Shown here one piece after another: positions 24,750 through 34,543 of a DNA stretch of 36,746 nucleotides. Position 1 is the stretch's first letter; each line of letters begins with the position of its first letter. Position numbers and translations under genes: made by a program. Source of the DNA: Ancylonema sp. Taxonomy: Eukaryota. The stretch is from the NCBI GenBank assembly GCA_050230475.1, contig JBFLGF010000034.1, forward strand, positions 62,001-98,746, read 5' to 3'. Under the pieces are notes generated by a model. It had not been told where the DNA came from. It searched no databases and saw only the letters and a list, made by a program, of their open reading frames with translations.

Positions 24750-25098
24750 CTTGTAGTTGTTGTTGGTGTTGTTGTTGTTTTTGTCGTTCTTATTGTTGTT
24801 GTTGCTGATGTTGTTGTCCGTCACTCCTTTTTTTTATTGATCGGTCATTTGTACTCCTTTGGTTGTGATTCTCTCGGGGATGAAGCAGGCGGGCGAGAAA
24901 CGGAAGAGAGATTCGAGTTCCGAGGAAGCACTGAGTGGTAGCGCAAGGGCTCGACAATTTCTTCGAGATTTTGCTGCGCTGCCGTTGGACACCATGGATT
25001 CCCGAGAAGCTGCTCAGAGAGTCGGGCAATTGAAGAAAAAGTTTGAGGAAGATGCTGTCACGAATCCGTGGTTGCAAAAGTTTGTTCCCGTCCACTAG
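18842..25098 (+). CDS. MSH2: DNA mismatch repair protein MSH2; exons 18842-18893, 19324-19373, 19815-19859, 20181-~21260, 21695-22015, 22864-23085, 23339-23449, 23774-24526, ~24889-25098 (~947 aa)
   Basis: Plant-type N-terminus [65 protein letters not shown]; Walker [78 protein letters not shown]. The donor of exon 4 is ambiguous by one G. Confidence 0.96.
19996..20128. repeat. 47-bp tandem repeat (~2.8 copies) in MSH2 intron 3
   Basis: Unit ATCCA(C/T)GCTAC(A/T)GCTCGTC(G/A)GCTACAGCTGTAGTACGGTTTTCAGAT starts at 19996, 20043 and 20090. Confidence 0.9.
21413..21517 (+). repeat. Telomere-like TTTAGGG motifs at 12-bp period in MSH2 intron 4
   Basis: TTTAGG(G/T) recurs at about 21437, 21449, 21461, 21473, 21485, 21497 and 21509, with 5-nt variable spacers. 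Confidence 0.8.
24660..24816. repeat. Imperfect (GTT)n microsatellite in MSH2 intron 8
   Basis: Directly visible trinucleotide array. Confidence 0.9.
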
Positions 25099-27939
25099 CG
25101 GCCACACCGCGTAACTTCCTTTTGGATTAAGATGTATATTTTAGTTTTTATGGTGAGTTGGGTTGTAACGAAAGGCCGCAAGTTAAAATGGGATATGGGA
25201 AGTAGGGAGACAAAAGAATGTGAGGCTACACGCACACCCCACACTTTACAAAGAAGGAAGGACCATAAATTAGATCCACGTAAGGGTGGTTTGGCGACGT
25301 TATACACATTTGCTACCGTGTTGCTACCGTCCTGCTACTTGTTACCATGATCCCAAGTCACTATCGCACAATAAGTGGATTGTTGGTGTCCCTGAAAGCC
25401 CGTATGATCAAGGTCCAAGTATTGTGTTATAAGGACAACGGCAATGTAGAATGCAAAGAGCGAATTTTTGTGGCAACACGTATCATTAGGCAACTCCTCC
25501 CTCCACTCAAGTATGTGACGTCGAACTCGTTGGTGAAGTTGTAGAACGAGTTTCTATCGAGTGAACAACAAAGACGTTTTGATAATTAGTCATGAAAAGA
25601 ACATGTCTTCATTTGACTATCCTAAAACTGGTTTCTCAACAATCATGTCCAAGTCGGGAATGGGGCGGATAACTTCTCCTTCTGGCGATTCTCCCTAGGC
25701 TTCATAATATTGCAGTGTGTACTTTTTCCCGGCCCGAATAGATGTGCCCGCCAAGTTTAATACAACAGATACACACGTTGTAGCCCAATTAAGATACGAT
25801 GTCGATATGTTTGTTATAGCTAAGTTAGCCAATATCCGCTCCCTACAAACTATAGGTAGCGCCTTGATTGCAACTGTAGGCTACAATGCAATTGGTAGCG
25901 GTGCTCGGGTATTGAGTTTCGCTCAAGGAGAAGGGTGCGTGGTATTCGTTTGTGGTGAAGCAATTACATGAAGTGTCAGTACGGAGGCGGTTTGGCTATT
26001 TATTTCGGTCGCGGACGTGTCGGTTGGGTGGGGTCCTCCCATGGGCACATCGTTTGCGTATGACGCAGACTAACCGTAGAATCCTCAATGTACAACCAGC
26101 ATACATAGAATACGCGTAAAAGAGCAGACAATGTACTTCTTCATTCTTGATGATGTTTGACCTACGTGATACTTAGGCTTCTACATCTCCGTCATTCCTA
26201 CGAGCTTCGTATATCCCTGCAATGCTTGCTTATTTTTCGCGTTCTTCATAGATTCAATCAATTTTCCAACTCCGGATTCAAAGACTCCAAAACTCACACT
26301 AGCCTCACAAAACTGATGTTTCGATGGTTGAGGTAGAGATCGAAAAATAAGGTTTCCATTAGTTGTTCAATCGTTCTTTTATCGTCTTTTGATTGGTCTT
26401 AAGTGCATTCGTTTCCTTCTCAAATGCGTAAAGATTGGCGACCGTCAGTCTCTTAAGTTGGTCAAACTTTTTTTCCGTTCTCTTCTGAAGCGACAACCTG
26501 TAACACAACAGTGGCTTGACCATGCCATAAAAGTGACTAGGCAAACCGCATTAACTGCGTTAATAGTTTGTACGTTGGCGAGTACTTGTAGCGACGGCGT
26601 GTTATTTATATTTGCGTCTCAATGTTCGCAAAAATGACCGCAAAAAGTGACGATTGCGATTGATCTCCCTCCATGAGAGTGTCAATTGATTCTTCGTGTA
26701 GAGGAGAGTGGTGATGGCCGAACAAAACATATTGACCCTTTTCATATAAACTCTTGACGGACTAGAATACTAGATACATTTTTTACTCAAAAAATATTCT
26801 TATTCATTTGGTCGTCTTTTGTTCTTTCCTTCAAATCCTTGTTCTCTTCCATCTCATCCGAAATAGAGCTCAAGTAGACACATTGATGAAGTTTCGTGCG
26901 CAATGGTTATTGGGAATGCGATATTTTGGGCGGGGAAGGTCCGGTTTTTTGGCGGAATCTTTGCGGACACGTCCTGTACATTTCTGGAAATGGAACGGGA
27001 TTTTCTAGCCATCATTGATTGCACCCTCCAGGATATGGGATTTCGTCACCTTAAACCAGACTTTTACAACGTACCTCGGTTTGGCCGATGTTGATCGATT
27101 ATGGTACCAATTTTGTTTATAAGCAGACGTTCCAGACACGTTGGTGTGCGGACACGTCCAAAAATATAATGATTGCTACCGAGTTATAACTCAATGTGAC
27201 CCTCTGGGCCTTTGACATGTGACTATATCTTTGTTTTGCTTATTGAGGGTGACGGGATAAGATCACATAACCATAATACAGTTGTTTCACTTGTCGAAAA
27301 CGAGAAGGAGATGAAGATCTGGGCAATGGGAATGATTAAGAAAAACAAAGAGTACTTTATTATGATGAAGTACGAGTCTTACTTTTTACTCGACGTCAAT
27401 GTTTCAACTCAAACACAACGTGCTTGCATGTGAGATTGAGATGGATGTGTTTGTCCTTGCATTATCATTTCCGTTGTGTCACCACATTGCACCGCATATA
27501 TTATATGTTGTCGACTACCTTATGTGGTCATATGTCAATCACATCCTTAGAACTTCGCCCCATTTTTGTCAGGTGGCCATCAAAGACAACATATTCGTTT
27601 TGGAAATGGTTACACATGAGATCACGTGTTGATCGGAGTGGTCGTAAAGACAAAATTTACGTGCAATCTTTCAATATATTATACACATTCGGCTTGTTGT
27701 GAAAAACATGAACACATGAAGTCAAGTTTAGATTCACTTTATTGGTGTCTTGGCGGGGATGCAGCTTGGGTCAACGACTTATTGACCACTTTTGCTCCAC
27801 TATTCCCAAATAAATACTAAGTTCCCTTCGCGCATCACATTCTCACTTATTCTCATGCCAATACATCTACATCTGTACCTTACTAACCTCATAACCAACA
27901 AAAAATGATTGACCCATATCGTAGTGTTTCCCCGCCTTT

Positions 27940-30900
27940 CTATGACAAAAAAATGGTGTATAAAAAAATAGGATCTTTGTAAGAAGAGTGACGAAATGTG
28001 GGGGAAGGGGGTGGAGATGTGGGGGGGGGGGAGGGAGGAGGTGGGAAAGGAGGAGGTGGAGATGGGGGAGGTGGAGAGGGGGATGGCGAGGGGGGAGGTG
28101 GGGAGGGGGGTGGAGAAGGAGGGGGGAGCGGGGGCGGGGGGGAAGGGGGGGAAGAGGGAGGTGGACATGGTGGAGGATTAGTGGGTGGTGGAGAAGGGGG
28201 GGGGGGGAGGGCAGCGGAGAATGCGGAGTTGGAGAAGAGGGAGGGGGAGAAGGGGGGGGAGAGGGAGGAGGTGGGGAGGGCGGTCCAAAGGGGGGAGGTG
28301 GAGAAGTGGGGGGGGAGGGCATAGGTGGTGAGGGTGGCGTAGAGGGAGGAGGCGGAAATAAGGGAGCGGAAGAAAGGGGAGGAGAGGGAGGAGGAAAGGT
28401 TGGCAGGGAGGGGGGGGATGTAGAGGGGGGCAATGGGGGAGGAGGCAGGTTGGGGGGTGGCGTAAAGGAAGACAGAGTCGGAGGAGGTGGAGAGGGTGGT
28501 GACACGGGCGAAGGGTGTGGGGGGGAGAAAGAGGTGTTGGAGGAGGGGAGGAAGGCGTTTGAAGAGGTGGTGGGGGGGAGGGGGGTGGGAAAGGGGGGGC
28601 AGGAGAAGGAGATGGTGGAGAAGGGGAGGCCAACGTTCCAGGAGGTTGAGGGGAAGAGGGTGGGAACGAGGATGGTGGGGAAGGGGGTGATGGAGGGGGG
28701 GAGGAGGGCGTTGTAGGAGACAAAGGGGAGGGGGGGGGGTCGAAAGGAGGTGTTCGAGAAGAGGGTGGTGGAGAGGGGGAAGCGGGTGTTCCAGGAGGTA
28801 GAGGGGGGGATGGGGATGGTGGAGAAGAAGGCGGTGGAGAAAGAGGGTGGGCGTTCCAAGAGGTAAAGTAGGGGAGGGGGGTGGGAAAGGGGGTGCAGGA
28901 GCAGAGGGTAGGGGAGAGGGGGAGGAGGGTGTTCTGTGAGGAAAAGGGGGGGCGGGGGGTGGGAAAGGGGGTGTAGGAGATGGTGGAGAGGGGGAGGCCA
29001 ACGTCCCAGGAGGCAGCGGGGCAGAGGGTGGGAACGGGGGTGGTGGAGAGGGAGAGGAGGGTGTTCCAGGGGAAAGAGTGGGAGAGGGGGGTGGGATAGG
29101 GGCTGCAGGAGAAATGGGTGGTGGAGAGGGGGAGGCGGGTGTTCCAGGAGGTAGAGGAGGAGGGGGTGTTGCAAAAGGGAGTGGTGGAGAAGGAGGTGGT
29201 GACGAGGGAGAGGCGGGCGTTCCAGGGGTTAGAGGGGAGGAGGGGGGTGGGGGCGGGGTTGCTGGAGAAGGGAGTAGTGGTGAGGAGGTGGCGGGTATTG
29301 CAGGAGGTAGAGGGGGGGGGGAGGTGGACGGGGAAGAGGGAGGAGGGGAAGTGGGTTGGAAGGGGGGGGAGGGGGTGGGGGGAGAAGGCGTCGAAAAGGC
29401 GGGAGGTGGGGGTGGCGAGCGAATTGTTGTGGGGGGTGGAGAAGGGGATGTGGGCGTGGTGGGAAGAGGAGGCAGGGGGGAAGTGGGTGAGGAAAGGGGA
29501 GAGGACGGTAGGGGGGTAGGGGGGGCGGCAGGGGGAGAGGTTGGGAGGCTAGAAGGCGGGGTGGCCTGAGGCGAAGGCAGAAAGGCAGGGAGGGGAGACT
29601 GCACGCCCCCAACCGTAGGGGGGCGTATTGGGGGCAATTCGAGAGGGGGCGTAGGTGGGGGGGCAGAGGGGAAGGCATCGGAGGGACCGCTTGTGGAAAC
29701 GCCTCCGCCTGCGACGCGGTGGTGGCCGCCGGACGGATGATGCCCGCCTGCCACGTGTCTCCCGCCGAACACGTGGTGTCCGCCTGACGCGTGGTGGCCC
29801 CCCGATACGGATTGTCCGTTGGACAGCTGGAGGTGGTGCCCGCTCGACGAATGATGTCCTCCTTGGGAGTGATGTCCGGAATTGGAGTGATGTACGGCTT
29901 TTGGGTGATAACCGCCCGATAAGCGATGTCAAGCAGCGAGGCTCCTCCGGTTGGGTACCGATTCTTGGTTCGTTGTGATTCTTTGGGCATGTTTTCGGTC
30001 GTCTTTGGGAGGGAGGACCGTGTTGTTGGCAATGGTGGAGAGAGTGCAGGATGACAGTGTAGGATTGAGCGGTCCGGTTCCACAGCGGACGCCCGTGAGG
30101 GTGTAATTGTGCACATGGTTGTTCATCACACTCACTCCCACGGATTCGGTAGCAGGTGACGCCGTACAGCCCCCCTGAGGAAAGGAAGCGGGGAGGAGGA
30201 AACGTGGATTACTATTTTGAAGGAGGGTTGGGCATGGAATACTGGCGGAGTCTAAGTCTTGGGAGGGGTTAAGGTTACCCGAGATGTCCGAGTTGGACAG
30301 GGTGAGGTTGGCAGGGACGCGGTTAACCGGGTCTCCACAAGTCTGCAGGGTGACCGCCCCTAGCCCCGTCGCTGGGTCCGTGCTGGGGCTCACCACGGTT
30401 AGGGAGTCAAACAGGGAGTTGACCGTACGGATGAGGTCCAGGCGGCCGTAAATGGAGCACTGCAGGAGAACGGGGGGGGGGGGGGGGGGGGGGAATTGGT
30501 GCCGGATCCTGAACGCCTGGGGAGGTGGGGTGGTTAGGGAGTTGGGCTGACCTGCTTCATCTCGACCCCCCAGCTGCTATCTACGATGACAGCTGGACAC
30601 GTGTCACTGCGGCTCAAGCTTGTGCCCGTGTTGCATTTCGTAGGGGGGGAGGACCCAGCGCTGCCATTGAATGGGATGTAGAAGTTGAGATTCCGCACCC
30701 GAACGTTGTTGGTGCCGTTGATCATGAACGGGAAGAAGGCGTCGCTGGAGGCGTTGATCCATATGGGCCTGTCTACATCTGGGCTGGGCTCGAGGATGGT
30801 GCAGGAATGGGCGGTCTGGAGGATGACGGGGGAGGTGAGGGTGAGGTTGTTGTGGAAATGGAGCACCACGGTCGTGAGGGGGGGGTGATTCGCGCGGGCG

Positions 30901-31306
30901 GCGATGTCAGAGACAGAGCGGACGGGGAGGAGGGTGGGGGAGGGGGAGCATGGGCTGGACGCAGGGAAGAGGTCTGTGGGGAGGCAAGGAAGGAGGAGTG
31001 GGTGGGTGGGTGGCGGGGTATTATTTACGAGCTGTTGGAGAAGAATGTGAAGAATATGAAGAGGTCTGGAGATGGGCGAGGGAGGTTGTGTGCGGGGGTA
31101 TGCCTACCGGACGGCAGAAATGTCGCAGAGGCGAGGCGAGAGGTCCCACTGGGAGAGGCAGATCTGGGGAAGGTAGATCTGGGTGTGGAATGAAGGCTGC
31201 GACGGGATATGAGGTATGCGCGTATCACGTTAGCAGGCCAGGCAGCCACAGAGGGAAGGGATGAAAAGGATGGGAAGCACGAGCGCGAGCTGGCGGTTTG
31301 GGTCAT
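27940..31306 (-). pseudogene. Disrupted (or mis-assembled) gene for a cell-wall glycoprotein-like protein: pectin-lyase-like/beta-helix-type domain + Gly/His repeats + extensin-like Ser-Pro stalk; putative exons 31306-31108, 30973-30552, 30459-30279, 30174-~27940
   Basis: Phase-consistent GT-AG introns for exons 1-3. Beta-helix-like segments INGTNNVRVRNLNF, IVDSSWGVEMKQCSIYG, LTLSNSDISG, VSVMNNHVHN, TIANNTV. Frameshift near 30150; in-frame TGA at 29931-29929; GGHH repeats; ~1.7 kb of SPPP/TP repeats with further frame changes. The fold assignment is inferred from motif pattern only. Confidence 0.55.
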
Positions 31307-32485
31307 GAGATTCTGAGACCATTACATCACATTGTGGCACCCCCCACATTGCCGCTTGGCCAGTCACGAAGGGGTGTCGGTGGGAGGAGGGGTTGACTTT
31401 TTAGTTGACCAAGCTTATGCACTCTGCAGTAGTTCAGGAAACGCGAGGTGACATAGAACCCATTCCTTTGCTCCTGTCCTGGATTCACTTCTGTCCAAAT
31501 GGAGGAGAACTAAACTTCCTAGCCAGGATCTGGGAAAAGATGAACTGTTCTGTTTCTGATGTATATGGCGTCCACCCACGAAGGACAGTGGATGTCGAGT
31601 TTCAACTATGAACTACATGTCGCATGTGGAGATGGTGTAAATTTGGTGGATGGACCCGTAACACGTATGAGAAGGCGTGAAATGCGTGCGAAGCATGGAG
31701 AAATCCCGAATAAGCACCTTCATGAAAGACAAGTATTGAATGTGGGACTTATTCGTGCATCTCCAAGCTGAGCCTAAGTCCAGAGTCTGTAAATTGAATG
31801 GAAATCACTGGGATCAAATGTAATGGACGCATCAAGTCAAACGGCAGTCCGTTTCTTACCATCAAGCCTCGCACACTGCTGCAACAGGAAGAGAAAGAGG
31901 ATCTTCAATCGCGGTCCGATCACCATCGAGGCGTGCGCTGAGCTACAGTTACGGTTACGGTTACGGTCCTGTTGGTACGCGACGCTGTGTCATCTGACAA
32001 GGAAGGTCTGCAGAGTAACAGTATCACAGAGTATCGTTACTCAGTGTTCAATTCAGCGGGCCTGTTACGGTTTCTTTCAGCGCAGTTTTAAACGTAGAAC
32101 GATCGGCTCCACGAAATGTGATTGTGCAAACCCTCAGCCCTCAGGCCGAGGGAAAACGAGGTTCCGCTGAGAGAAAGCGAAGTCTCGCAACACTACGCTA
32201 TGCCGGATCGGTGGATCTGGAGTTGTCAGAACATGCACGAGAAAATCACCCTCATTATTACGTCGATCGGACTTCGGTCCTTAGCAATCCTCGCCGTTGG
32301 GCACGTCGTCGTATAGCACGTGCTTCCAAGCGCACGTGAGACAGGGAATCACAAACGTAACATCAGGACGGCCCGCACATTCTTTGCAAGATACCGGTAC
32401 TTCCTGATTTTATGATGTGCCCCAATCATATGTTTCCGCGTATGACAGAGAAGTGCCCACTGGGGAGATGCGGCGCTTCGCTACA

Positions 32486-33341
32486 AATGATACTTGGAGC
32501 CCCTACTGCCAAATGTATTTTCCTAATGCCAAATGAGATTCTCCCGAGATTCTGCCACCAGAACTTACGGGGACCGTAGATACGGCGCGAACAGCCCTTT
32601 GTGGCCTGAGAGCCGTCGGTCTGTAGTACGGCCTAGTTTGTCGATCCCAACTCTAGATATTTTACAACTTCGGGCCGCAACCAAAAAAACACCGCCCGTC
32701 TGTGCGACGTGGCCCCTTCTGAAGCCTGCGGTTCAAATTTCGGCCCACGTCCGAAAATCGGAGAAGCCACCCAAATTCTTTGGGCTGCGGGCTGCGGAAG
32801 CTCGTGGCCCAGCTTGCAGCCCATGGCCAGCTCGGAGCCCGCAGCCCAGCCTCGCAGTATGCTACCCGCAGCCCAGATTTCAGGTCATCCTTTTTGCGTT
32901 GCAAGCTCGACTGCGGGAATGCGAGATCGGGGAAAAAACCAGTGTCCTCCGAGCTGCCTCCCATTATTTGGGCTGCGATCTGGGCTGCCAGCTGTATTCT
33001 GGGAGGCGGGGTTGCGGGCTACAATTTGGGCTGCGGGATCTCGCAGCCCGCAGCCCATATGGTTTGTGTTGCCTTCCCCGATCCGGGAATTTGAGTAGCA
33101 GGCTGAAGAAGGGGCCACGTCGCATAGACGGGCGGTGAGAATTGTTGTTGCGGCCCGTGGTTCTAAAATATCTAGAGTTGGGATCGACAAACTAGGCCGT
33201 ACTACAGACCGACGGCTCACGGGCCACAAAGGGCTGTTCGAGCCGTATCTACGGTCCCCGTAAGTTCCGACGGGAGAATCTTGGGAGAATCTCATTTGGC
33301 ATTAGGAAAGTACATTTGGCAGTAGGGGCTCCCAATTCATT
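32486..33341. mobile_element. Foldback / long-TIR (Mutator-like) non-autonomous element; ~850-bp near-complete palindrome
   Basis: 32496-~32740 is the reverse complement of ~33085-33332 at high identity (e.g. GGAGCCCCTACTGCCAAATGTA, TGTAGTACGGCCTAGTTTGTCGATCCCAACTCTAGATATTTTA), and weaker symmetry continues to ~32880/32970. No convincing TSD. Confidence 0.75.
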
Positions 33342-34543
33342 ACCAACTCTAAAAACTTCAAAACATTACTTTTTCCATAATCGACATACCGTACCGGCAA
33401 ACTTTAATACCCCACTAATTAATTATTTGTGGCTGGGGTGGGGCAAGGTAAATAATTCAAGGTTTTCGATTTCGGGGTATTAAGTAGGTTCGGTAACTCG
33501 TTTTTTGGGACTTGTGGAGTATCATCCTAATATTATGCCAGCCGGGATGATAGTGGTGGCAAGCTCCAACTAACCGAAATTTTTGTCGGGACCGCGATTT
33601 CGGGCCTTTTTCAATTTTCCAAGCGCGGTTGTCAATTATTACAGGCTTGATTGGATACAGGGGCTATTGTTTTTTTGTGTCCATTTTCGGTCCAAAATAA
33701 GCAAAAACCCGTTTCCGGGTGAGGGTATTAAGTCTCTAGGGTAATGTAATTAATCGCTAAAATATGGGTTGGGGTAAGGGGGTGGGGTAACGATAACTTA
33801 TCATTTTTGGTTGGGGTAAGGGGGTGGGGCGTGAATTGACGTACCCATAGAGATCGGTGACATCACACACGTTCGGCTAGCTAAGCACACTACAATCTCG
33901 CTAAGGACACATGCAGACACGTGCGGATAGAGACCCGTCCACGTTCCGTACAACATAGAAAGCAAAGCCGCTAACTACTTGCATCACTACACACATCACA
34001 ACACACACACACGCACATCTAGCAAGCAAGCTAGCATGCACCAGTTTGGTTTTACTACTATCCAAAGCAATGGAAGCCCTTGGATGCCCAGATGCGCCGT
34101 GAGTTGGCGATCTGTTCGGCAAATGGGTATTCCTGCCAACCTCTAAAGCAACGCAACGCAACAGTATCAAGTGAAGCTAGCAAGACACGTGCGAGGTGAT
34201 CAGAGGTTCCGGGACTTTATCAAGAAAGTTAGGGTACATAACTCTTCTTGTCCCTATTCTAGTGCAGTGGGTGAGGCGCCCACGCACGTGCGAAATCCAG
34301 CGCCAAACTAATCTGCGTAACGTTTACGAGCAAATCTAGATGGGCCAATCAGAAGGCACGGTGAGCGGAGGATCAGTTAGGATTTGCGTTGGTTTGTACT
34401 AAGACTCTCGAGTCTGAACTTTCTATCATCTTTTTGAAGAATAATTTCTTTCAAGGAGACCATGATGAATTGATATATGTATTCTGAATTTGCACTTGTT
34501 GAATACTTTGCTTTTACATAAAGGAGAGTAGTGCACGTTTAAT

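Noticed and set aside
24657..24941. Poly-Val 'membrane protein' ORF
   Set aside because: Translation of the intronic (GTT)n microsatellite in MSH2.
25350..27900. Scattered short ORFs between MSH2 and the Pro-rich gene
   Set aside because: No recognisable motifs or consistent exon chain; probably decayed TE or gene debris that cannot be assigned without a search.
27988..29569. Gly/Glu/Arg-rich plus-strand ORFs
   Set aside because: Antisense shadows of the Pro-rich low-complexity tract.
29929..29931. Selenocysteine interpretation of the in-frame TGA
   Set aside because: The context is a Gly/His low-complexity repeat rather than a redox motif, no SECIS was identified, and other lesions nearby favour mutation or error.
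30525..31193. 222-aa plus-strand ORF
   Set aside because: Antisense to the better-supported minus-strand exon 2, with no domain signal.
32533..33295. Two opposite-strand ORFs, both starting MRFS(R/Q)DS, that look like a convergent gene pair
   Set aside because: They are mirror images produced by the palindrome; no recognisable domain or splice structure.
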